From an uncultured Chlorobiaceae bacterium (lineage in GTDB: Bacteria > Bacteroidota > Chlorobiia > Chlorobiales > Chlorobiaceae): a stretch of DNA of 64,000 nucleotides. Position 1 is the stretch's first letter. Each line of letters begins with the position of its first letter. The notes below the pieces were generated by a model. It had not been told where the DNA came from. It saw only the letters and a list, made by a program, of their open reading frames with translations, and did no database searches. This document shows positions 1 to 7,662 of this stretch, piece by piece. Where the stretch lies: positions 103,419 through 167,418 of the forward strand of contig CAJEXL010000001.1 of assembly GCA_903994365.1 (NCBI GenBank), in the 5' to 3' direction. The translations under genes and the position numbers were made by a program.

Positions 1-506
1 TGTCGGGCTTCTGGGCGAATCAGGCTGAGTCATGGCAACCAATTTTGCCGCCAGGGCAGGCTGCAGATAGTCGTAAAGGAATGTCGGTCGATGCTGTAAT
101 TGCAGTCGATGCATGAGACGCCAGGTTCCCAAAGGCCCTTCCAGCAAACAATTCAGCAACCTGCTTACTTGTTCGGTTACTTGTTCGGTCACTTCATTTA
201 CCTGTTCGGCAACACTATGTAACGCAGCCTGGTCAAGTAATGTAACTTCAAAAGATTTGCCTGTTTTGTCATTCTGTATGGCAGGTCTGGCATGGCCAAG
301 CTTCGTCCAGTTGGCAATGACATCGCTCAAGCCCCATCCGGCATTTTCGCTTAACCCTATCCGACGGAAGGCAATAGCAATATTGGGGTTACGAACCTCT
401 TTCGGCCCTGGCTCCAGTAAATTGCCTTTCGCAAAAGCGTCACCGAGGTTCCAGAACATGGTGCGATCTGTAAAATGGCGGATCTCCGGTTTTCTGGTGT
501 GATCCT
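1..506 (-). pseudogene. 5'-truncated second copy of the AlbA_2/ATPase/wHTH gene (C-terminal part only; continues off the window edge)
   Basis: Near-identical to 4158..4699 apart from scattered substitutions and 36 bp fewer tandem repeats. Homology stops at 506 and switches to the sequence found at ~5927, so ~1.2 kb including the start and AlbA domain is missing. Confidence 0.8.
165..188. repeat. 12-bp tandem repeat TTACTTGTTCGG x2
   Basis: Read directly; same unit as 4322..4381. Confidence 0.9.
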
Positions 507-589
507 CGAAAGTATTGCATTTTTTCCCTCAAACATGTACACTATAGATAATTGTTCGATTTTGCAGTAGTAAGAAAACACGATAGAGC

Positions 590-805
590 ATGATAACCGT
601 ACCCATTACCTCAGCCGAAGGGTTGTATGGAATGTATAACGCATTGTTGCATGATGAACAGCAACGCTTTTTACAAAAATTACTGCATAACGAGGCTAAC
701 AAGCTTGAATCATTGGCATTGTATGAGGCGTGCCGTGAAGCCAAATATAAGGATGATTTTTTAACCGACGATGAAAAAAACGCCTTTCTTGCCAGCTTAC
801 CATAA
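590..805 (+). CDS. putative type II antitoxin (71 aa)
   Basis: Small ORF with an acidic C-terminus; its stop overlaps the start of a RelE-like gene (TAATG at 803-807). Confidence 0.7.
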   Translation: MITVPITSAEGLYGMYNALLHDEQQRFLQKLLHNEANKLESLALYEACREAKYKDDFLTDDEKNAFLASLP

Positions 806-1080
806 TGAAGTTAGTAATCAGTAAGCGTTTTGTAAAGGATACCCAGAAAATTCGAGATGATCGTATTTTATTGAAATTGCGCCAAATAATTGCTGCTCTT
901 GAGGCTTGTGGTTCACTTGAAGATATTACTGAAGCCTCCGGGTTATCAGGGTATGCTGGTTATTATCGTATTTCCTTTGATGATCGTTATCGCATTGGCG
1001 CTTATGTTGCTGATAACACCGTGGAACTTTTGCGGGTTGGACACCTTGAAGATTTTTATAAATATTTTCCTCCCGCATAA
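805..1080 (+). CDS. RelE/ParE-superfamily toxin (91 aa)
   Basis: RelE-like pattern: MKLVISKRFVKD ... LSGY..YYRI...YRI ... V.LLRVGH.EDFY; coupled to the upstream small ORF. Confidence 0.8.
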   Translation: MKLVISKRFVKDTQKIRDDRILLKLRQIIAALEACGSLEDITEASGLSGYAGYYRISFDDRYRIGAYVADNTVELLRVGHLEDFYKYFPPA

Positions 1081-1307
1081 CTTTTTCTTTTTTTGGTTGC
1101 GGTAAGGCTTGTTTTATGAGCGCATCACAGGTATTTGATTCGGATCCAGGTTTGCGCCCTGGTAGCAGCGTTATGATGCTACTGATTCACTTGCCAGCTC
1201 CGCCTGAACGCACGAATCCTGTCTTTTTTTACTGTTTTATTACACACAACGCCTTTGTTTAGCAGAGGAGTGGCAAACTGTTCCAGCATCTCTGGAAGAG
1301 CACAGCC

Positions 1308-1398
1308 GTACAATAACCCTGACAAGCGTGCGATTCCACCGCAAAAGCACGTTTACCACCCACCCGCCAACAACCGGCGGCGATTTTGCTCTGCCTCT
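1308..1398 (-). repeat. conserved trailer element downstream of small paralog S1
   Basis: GTACAATAACCCTGACAAGCGTGC is identical at 1308-1331 and 1858-1881; CGCCAACAACC occurs at 1365-1375, 1911-1921 and 3492-3502. Confidence 0.8.
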
Positions 1399-1815
1399 TT
1401 ATTCTTCTTGGCGCAGTGGCTGAACAGGCGGTCTCTCGTTCAAATGCCGTAGTACACCGAAAAGTTGAGCCTCACTTTCCACAATGGTAACAGCAACACC
1501 AAGTGCAGTGCATAGCTGTTGAAACCAATCCGGCAAGAGCAATGTCCCGCCTGCCGGAAATAGCAGAGTAATCGGAGGCTTCATGCACTTCAAAAGTTCC
1601 GCCAAACGTTTGAGGTCATCTTCAAATGTCTGCTGACTCGCTTGTTTTATCGTTATCAGCAGAGTAAGGCTGTTGAGCAAATCATAAAGGTCGCCAGTCA
1701 AGCAGCCCTCCGTCAGTGACGACAGTGGCTCCTTGCCCGTCTTGCGCTTGACAACCCTCTTTATGGCACGGCGTGTCAAGGGGTTAACGCTTGGGGTGTT
1801 GACGGATAACGGCAT
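1399..1815 (-). CDS. orphan small protein, paralog S1 (138 aa)
   Basis: AGAGGAG RBS before ATG; clear homology to 1945..2346 and 3528..3944 (GCLTG.LY, FEDDLK.LA, PP.TL.F.AGGTL.LP.WF). Confidence 0.8.
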   Translation of the reverse strand: MPLSVNTPSVNPLTRRAIKRVVKRKTGKEPLSSLTEGCLTGDLYDLLNSLTLLITIKQASQQTFEDDLKRLAELLKCMKPPITLLFPAGGTLLLPDWFQQLCTALGVAVTIVESEAQLFGVLRHLNERPPVQPLRQEE

Positions 1816-1857
1816 GAAATCTCCTCTGTTTTGAATGAATCAAGAACCATCAAGTCT

Positions 1858-1944
1858 GTACAATAACCCTGACAAGCGTGCAACTTCTCATCAAAAGAAC
1901 ATTGGGCTCACGCCAACAACCAGTGACAATTTTGCATTGCTCTT
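1858..1944 (-). repeat. conserved trailer element downstream of small paralog S2
   Basis: Homologous to 1308..1398 and 3468..3527. Confidence 0.8.
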
Positions 1945-2346
1945 TCATTCTTCTTGACTGATAACCGGGACGGGCCGTGGCCTCAGAAGGCGTATCACTT
2001 CAGGAATCTGATGCTCACTCTCCAACATGATGATCGTCATGCCAAGGGCAGCGCATAACTCTCTGAACCAACCCGGTAATTCCAGTGTCCCGCCAGCCGC
2101 AAAAATCAGAGTAACCGGAGGCTTCATGTGCTTCAGAAAGTCAGCCAACTGCTTGAGATCATCTTCAAATTTTTGCTGGGTCACCGACGTTATTGTCACC
2201 GGAATAACCACTCCACGGTACAAGTGATAAAGCTCACCAGTCAGGCAGCCAATCGTGAATATTGACAGAGGTTTATTGCCCGTCTCTCGACGAATCGCTT
2301 TTTTCATTGCGATGATCACGTTATTCCATGGCACATCATTCGGCAC
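1945..2346 (-). CDS. orphan small protein, paralog S2 (133 aa, GTG start)
   Basis: More divergent homolog of S1/S3; its start overlaps the 3' end of the upstream nuclease gene by 11 nt. Confidence 0.75.
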   Translation of the reverse strand: MPNDVPWNNVIIAMKKAIRRETGNKPLSIFTIGCLTGELYHLYRGVVIPVTITSVTQQKFEDDLKQLADFLKHMKPPVTLIFAAGGTLELPGWFRELCAALGMTIIMLESEHQIPEVIRLLRPRPVPVISQEE

Positions 2347-3415
2347 GCTGATTGGGGGGGGGGAGAATATCCTCTTTGGTCGGAATCATCATCGTGTTCG
2401 GTGATCCAGCAGTATAGATCCGATTATCAATGGCTAATTTGAGCTTTTCGCCACTGACCGCATCAAGGGCAAACATCGTGCCTCTAAAAGAGTGGTTGGT
2501 CCCCGTTATACTTCTTATTTCTGCCGCAGACAAGGGCTGTGCTAAAAGTTTGAACGGCTCAAGCTTTTTTGAGTACTCTTCATCCTGTTCTTCCGGATTA
2601 CCGTGGTATGGAGCCTTGATCAGTTTTCCAGCCACCCTGCCATAAGCAACAATACCAACTCCAACCTGATAGAGAAAAACCACATCTCCTCTTTCCAACC
2701 TCTCAATTTTAAACTTTACCGGATCGAAATAAGCAGCCGCCTTGTGATTGCGTAACATCTCTTCCTGATCTTCCGGGCTATTACCATAATTGGTGTTGAG
2801 CATATAAAAGCCCCCGGCGATGTCTTCATAAGGATCATCGGCAACCCGGAAAGGCGACATTTCAAGCAGCATTTCATCGGTAGTGCCACCGGTATAAATC
2901 CGGTAAACCCAGGGACGAACGTCCAGTTTGCAACTACGCCAATACTGAACCGCCTCTCTGGTACGATAATCCATACCATTGGTCATCACCACAAAAACCT
3001 GCTTCCGGTTGAACTCTTCTTCCGATAATTCAACATCAAACTTCGCTTTGTGGGCGACTTTGAGTGACTGGGATTGATCTGTTACATTTTTGAACCACCC
3101 ATCCAGCTCCGGGTATTTCATCGCCCCATACATCTGACCGTAGCGAAGTACTTGAAGAAGATTTTCGTGGTGTGATTCCCATGCTTTCAACTCAAAAATG
3201 AAGAGATTTCCCTCTTTGTCTATTGCCATTAAATCAGGCTCCTCCTGCCAATGCCGCGACTGCATCAGAAGAATCAGTTCATCATCAGGAAACAGCCTGT
3301 CTAATGATCTGAACAAAATATCTTGCAACTTTCGCTCGTCCAGGCCAAAAGAGCTTAACCGACCGGTTGGGCGCTTGGCTGCGTCGTGAGTATTGGTATT
3401 GATGTTCAACAGCAT
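2336..3415 (-). CDS. PD-(D/E)xK nuclease (NucS-like) with C-terminal EVE/PUA-like domain; candidate modification-dependent restriction enzyme
   Basis: N-terminal E..LQ ... PDLMAIDKEGNLFIFELK ... QVLRY catalytic pattern; C-terminal LERGDVVFLYQVGVGIVAYGRV resembles the EVE/PUA core. Confidence 0.75.
   Translation of the reverse strand: MLLNINTNTHDAAKRPTGRLSSFGLDERKLQDILFRSLDRLFPDDELILLMQSRHWQEEPDLMAIDKEGNLFIFELKAWESHHENLLQVLRYGQMYGAMKYPELDGWFKNVTDQSQSLKVAHKAKFDVELSEEEFNRKQVFVVMTNGMDYRTREAVQYWRSCKLDVRPWVYRIYTGGTTDEMLLEMSPFRVADDPYEDIAGGFYMLNTNYGNSPEDQEEMLRNHKAAAYFDPVKFKIERLERGDVVFLYQVGVGIVAYGRVAGKLIKAPYHGNPEEQDEEYSKKLEPFKLLAQPLSAAEIRSITGTNHSFRGTMFALDAVSGEKLKLAIDNRIYTAGSPNTMMIPTKEDILPPPNQRAE
2354..2363 (-). 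repeat. C10 homopolymer (G10 on + strand) at the nuclease/S2 junction
   Basis: Read directly: att gggggggggg aga. Confidence 0.85.
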
Positions 3416-3467
3416 TGTAAATCCCTTATTTTGATTGCATTGCGATAAAAACCTGAACGCTCCAGGT

Positions 3468-3527
3468 CGTGCTTAAAGAACATTGGCCTCCCGCCAACAA
3501 CCGGGAAGATGATTTTGCCCTGCCTCT
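3468..3527 (-). repeat. partial trailer element downstream of small paralog S3
   Basis: cgtgc..aaagaacattgg..CGCCAACAACC..gattttgc.ctgcctct shared with the other two trailers. Confidence 0.75.
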
Positions 3528-3944
3528 TTATTCGCCAAAGGCCGCAGGCACGGAATCCGGCCACTCATTCAAATTCCGTAGTACACCGAAAAGTTGAGCC
3601 TCACTTTCCACAATGGTAACAGCAACACCAAGTGCAGTGCATGACCGTTGAAACCAGTCCGGCAAGAGCAATGTCCCGCCTGCCGGAAATAGCAGAGTAA
3701 TCGGAGGATTCATGCACTTCAAAAGTTCCGCCAAACGTTTGAGGTCATCTTCAAATGTCTGCTGACTCGCTTGTTTTATCGTTATCAGCAGAGTAAAGCT
3801 TTTGAGCAAATCATAAAGGTCGCCAGTCAAGCAGCCAACCGCAAGTGACGACATGGGCTCCTTGCCCGTCTTGCGCTTGACAACCCTCTTTATGGCACGG
3901 CGCGTTAAGACGGTAACGCTTGGAGTGTTGACGGGTAACGGCAT
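3528..3944 (-). CDS. orphan small protein, paralog S3 (138 aa)
   Basis: ATG at 3944 after AGAGGAG; near-identical to S1 except the last 11 residues. Confidence 0.8.
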   Translation of the reverse strand: MPLPVNTPSVTVLTRRAIKRVVKRKTGKEPMSSLAVGCLTGDLYDLLKSFTLLITIKQASQQTFEDDLKRLAELLKCMNPPITLLFPAGGTLLLPDWFQRSCTALGVAVTIVESEAQLFGVLRNLNEWPDSVPAAFGE

Positions 3945-3947
3945 AAT

Positions 3948-4054
3948 ATCTCCTCTGTTTTGAATGAATTGAATATCACAATCTTCCCTTCGGAACAATA
4001 CTGCGGTGCAAATGATTGCGTTTGTGGAGTCAGTTCCGCTGAACCTTTTTCATG
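3948..4054 (-). repeat. ~105-bp leader element (probable promoter/RBS), copy 1
   Basis: Aligns with 5791..5895; its RBS-proximal 22 bp recur at 1819..1840 and in degenerate form at ~3419..3440. Confidence 0.8.
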
Positions 4055-4094
4055 ATTTTTCTCTGGAAATCGCTTTCAGCATCGAGTGACGCAA

Positions 4095-5657
4095 TCATTT
4101 CACCACTGACAGCCTTTCACGTAATTGCCGCCCATTATCAGTTAACTGGTATTTCTGTGTCGGGCTTTTTGGCGAATCAGGCTGAGTCATGGCAACCAAT
4201 TTTGCCGCCAGGGCAGGTTGCAGATAATCGTAAAGGAATGTCGGGCGATGCTGTAATTGCAGTTGATGCATGAGACGCCAGGTTCCCAAAGGCCCTTCCA
4301 GCAAACAATTCAGCAACCTGCTTACTTGTTCGGTTACTTGTTCGGTTACTTGTTCGGTTACTTGTTCGGTTACTTGTTCGGTTACCTCATTTACCTGTTC
4401 AGCAACAATAGGTAACGCTGCCTGGTCAAGTAATGTAACTTCAAAAGATTTGCCTGTTTTGTCATTCTGTATGGCAGGTCTGGCATGACCGAGCTTCGTC
4501 CAGTTTGCAATGACATCGCTCAAGCCCCATCCGGCATTTTCGCTTAGCCCTATCCGACGGAAGGCAATAGCAATATTGGGGTTACGAACCTCTTTCGGCC
4601 CGGGTTCCAGTAAATTGCCTTTGGCAAACGCGTCACCAGGGTTCCAGAAAATGGTGCGATCTGTAAAATGGCGGATCTCCGGTTTTCTGGTGTGATCCTG
4701 GTAATCCTGATGGCAAAGCACGTTCAGAAAGGATTCACGAAAAGCCACAAAGTCAAGCGGAGTATCGTCCCTCTCCATGGTCAGAGGATCAAGACGAAAG
4801 GGAATAGATGCGAACTTCAGGTACCAGGGGAAAAAAGAGAGCCATGCCTGAATGATGTTCGACTCCATAACCACCCGGTCTATCCAGCGAATGCCCGGAG
4901 GATTCTCACGATATCGAAAACTGAATGTCTGGCAATCGGCAACTGGCCGGGGAAAGAGTCCCCGTAAATAGCCGTCAGCGCCAAAAAGCAGAATGGAGGC
5001 ATTGGTCGGCCTGATTCCAGAGGGCGTTGCGCGATTCAGACCAAGCTGAAACAAAAATTCGTTATCGGATAATCAGGTACAGGAGCGGTTATTGGGACGA
5101 CTCTCATACCGGCTTCTGTACCACGCAATAGATTGCCTGTCGTAGCACTGCTCCGTATCGTACTCCACCGTCAGGCTGTCGTACCGCTCTGCCGAAGCAT
5201 CTCGTAAAAAACGCTCAATCTCGCTCTGAGTGCACTGCTCATCACCTGCGCCACGGCGGATATAGCTTTTGCGAATATCGCCCTTGAGATAAACCGGTTT
5301 TTCGCTACGCGGAGATTCCGGAATATGAAAAACCAGCAGCGTCAGGCCGTCGTAATTGAAGCGCTCTTCACGAACGTTAATCATGCGGTTGAGTTTATCG
5401 CCTGTTCGCAGTGTACTGAGAAAATCGTTCTGCACCTTATCTGGCTCATGAACCCCAACCATCTCCAGACTCCCCTGCGTATCTTTGACACCAAAGACAA
5501 GAGTACCACCCGCACTATTAGCAAACGCCGATACCGTCCGCCAGGCATCTTCAGAGATACCATGCTGCGCTTTTTTACACTCAAGGTCGCACCATTCGGG
5601 ATGTTGCAGCCTGTCGAGCAGTTCATCTTGAGTCATCAGAGCGAATTCGTTGGTCAA
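4095..5657 (-). pseudogene. Schlafen/AlbA_2 + HATPase-like + wHTH protein interrupted by one in-frame TGA (5073-5075)
   Basis: LECKKA ... TVSAFANSAGGTLVFGV (AlbA_2); FRESFLNVLCHQDY and RNPNIA..F...GL.E.AG.G (ATP-binding domain); PDSPKSPTQKYQLT (wHTH end). The two listed ORFs are in the same frame, joined by 6 sense codons after the TGA. Confidence 0.8.
4322..4381. repeat. 12-bp tandem repeat x5 encoding a (EQVT)n linker
   Basis: Five perfect TTACTTGTTCGG units. Confidence 0.95.
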
Positions 5658-5790
5658 ATAACGTCAAATATACAACTCTTTGCGGCTATTCTCATGGGGT
5701 TCACGACAGAAAAGAGTGGTTGGGATAATAACCCTATAGCCATAGAAGGCACTGTTTGCAAAATCATTTTTCCAGTGTACGTGAAGGAGC

Positions 5791-5895
5791 ATCTCCTCTG
5801 ATTTGAATGAATTGAATATCACAATCTTCCAGGCAACAATACTGCGGTACAAATTATTGGGCGTTTTGTATCAGTTCCGCTGGCCCTTTTTCATG
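5791..5895 (-). repeat. ~105-bp leader element, copy 2
   Basis: atctcctctg.tttgaatgaattgaatatcacaatcttcc..acaatactgcggt.caaat..tcagttccgctg..cc.ttttcatg shared with 3948..4054. Confidence 0.8.
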
Positions 5896-5926
5896 GAATA
5901 AGTGGGTTTAGAGCGGAACAGAGCGC

Positions 5927-6373
5927 AAGTATTGCTTTTTTTCCATCAAACATGTACACTATGTACAAAAGTTACTGCATAAAAAAGCTGACAGGCTTGA
6001 AATATTGGCATTGCATGGAGCTTGCCGTGAAGCCAAAGATGAGGATGATTTTTTAACGGACGATGAAAAAAACGCCTTTCTTGCCAGCTTACCACAATGA
6101 AGCTATCAATCAGTAAGCGTTTTGTAAAAGATACCCGGAAAATTAGAGATGATCGTATTTTATTGAAATTGCGCAAAATAATTGCTGCTCTTGAGGCTTG
6201 TGGTTCACTTGAAGATATTACTGAAGCCTCCGAGTTATCAGGGTATTCTGGTTATTATCGTATTTCCGTTTGATTATCGTTATCGCATTGGCGCTTATGT
6301 TGCTGATAACTCAGTGGAACTTTTGCGGGTTGGACACCGTGAAGATTTTTATAAATATTTTCCTCCCGCATAA
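5927..6373 (+). pseudogene. degraded second copy of the antitoxin-RelE module
   Basis: Homologous to 510..1080. About 125 bp including the antitoxin start is deleted; the toxin (ATG 6097) has an extra G at 6268 giving a stop at 6271-6273. Confidence 0.85.
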
Positions 6374-6407
6374 CTACCAATAATACTGCGTAACCTCTCC
6401 GGATAAT

Positions 6408-7115
6408 ATGTTTTTCATAACGCAGACCATGCGCCCCATGATTACCGATGCAACGCTCGCCTTTCTCCGTGACCTGAAAAGCAATAATAACCGACTCTGG
6501 TTCGGTGAGCATAAAACGGAGTATCAGCAGGCATACGGCGAGATGTTTGAGACACTGGTGCAACTGCTTGCGGCAATTTCGGAGTTCGACGGAGATATTG
6601 CTGCCTCTCATCTTGATCCGAAAAGCTGCATCATGCGCATCAACCGAGATATCCGTTTTTCAAAGGATAAATCGCCCTACAAGACAAATGTCTTTGCCTT
6701 TATCAACAAGGGTGGCAAAAAGAGCCCCTGGGGAGGCTATTACCTCCATCTGGAACCGGGAGGATCGTTTGCCGGAGGGGGAATCTACATGCCTGAGCCT
6801 GCTGTTCTGGAGCAAACGAGAAGGGAAATTGATGCACATTTCGGAGAATGGCAGGCAATTCTGGCTGACAAGACATTCACTACACAGTTTCCAGAAGGCG
6901 TTCTCCCTTCAGGTAAATTGGTAAGGCCGCCCAAAGGATATGAGAGCAGCAATCCCGCTGTTGAGTATCTCAAATATAAAGGGTATTACACCCAGCGGTT
7001 TTTCTCCGACGACGAGGTCACTGATCCGGGATTTGTAGCAGAGGTTGCCAAAAGTTTCCGTGCAGTGAACCCTCTCGTTCATTTTCTTAACCGGGCGTTA
7101 TTCTCTATGCCATGA
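6408..7115 (+). CDS. DUF2461 / TIGR02453 family protein
   Basis: FL.DL..NNNR.WF..HK..Y, RI.RD.RFSKDKSPYK, YY.H.EPG.SF.GGG.Y, L...PKGY motifs; true start may be 6429 or 6438. Confidence 0.9.
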   Translation: MFFITQTMRPMITDATLAFLRDLKSNNNRLWFGEHKTEYQQAYGEMFETLVQLLAAISEFDGDIAASHLDPKSCIMRINRDIRFSKDKSPYKTNVFAFINKGGKKSPWGGYYLHLEPGGSFAGGGIYMPEPAVLEQTRREIDAHFGEWQAILADKTFTTQFPEGVLPSGKLVRPPKGYESSNPAVEYLKYKGYYTQRFFSDDEVTDPGFVAEVAKSFRAVNPLVHFLNRALFSMP

Positions 7116-7662
7116 ACAGAGCAGGATACTCTTTTGACATCTGGATAATGATCTCCTCTTCAGGCGATAAGGCGCTCGAACCCGTACGTTCGGACTCCCA
7201 TTTTTTCAAGCCAGGATATTTTACACGAACTGGCTCTCTTGAAAAATGAGCCCACTGTAAGATGGTTGAGTACCATATTAAAATTGAGTCTGCCATAAGT
7301 GCCGCCATTAAAGTGAAAAATAACTCTGTTGTCTTTTACCGACTATGAGAAAATCATCAAAAGAGTGCACATTATAAATCCCGCTTTAACGGCATCTTTC
7401 ATACCGCAAATGAAGTATATTTCTCTGCGCTTCGCTTGGCAAAGGCTTTAATTCGATGCTGAAAGTGCATTTCGACGGGAAGTCTGAGATCCCCGCCATT
7501 GTTCACAAGCTCATGCTAATACCTTTTTTTGATATGACTTTTTCGGAAATTGTAGCACAAAAAACGCTGTGGTGCAATTAATCCTGTAGATTCAACGTTA
7601 TATGTCTTCTTGAGGTGTTGTCCTGAGTAGTTTATTCACTCATCCAAAATGGAGATACAACA

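Noticed and set aside
113-502. Plus-strand ORFs with (CSVT)n repeats (also 4270..4488)
   Set aside because: Antisense shadows of the EQVT-repeat gene.
1399-3944. Diversity-generating retroelement template/variable repeat pair
   Set aside because: S1/S3 differences are not adenine-specific, both are full genes, and no reverse transcriptase is present.
4322-4381. CRISPR array
   Set aside because: Contiguous 12-bp coding repeats with no spacers; no cas genes in the window.
5664-5852. Small ORF between the leader and the AlbA gene
   Set aside because: The RBS abuts the ATG at 5792 with no spacing and there is no recognisable motif; possibly a remnant, not supportable.
1300-5895. Integron cassette array
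   Set aside because: The repeats lack paired RYYYAAC/GTTRRRY attC boxes and no integrase is in the window.
6182-6373. 63-aa ORF as an independent gene
   Set aside because: It is the frameshifted tail of the RelE pseudogene.
7105-7308. 67-aa minus-strand ORF after the DUF2461 gene
   Set aside because: No motif or RBS support; possibly a fragment.
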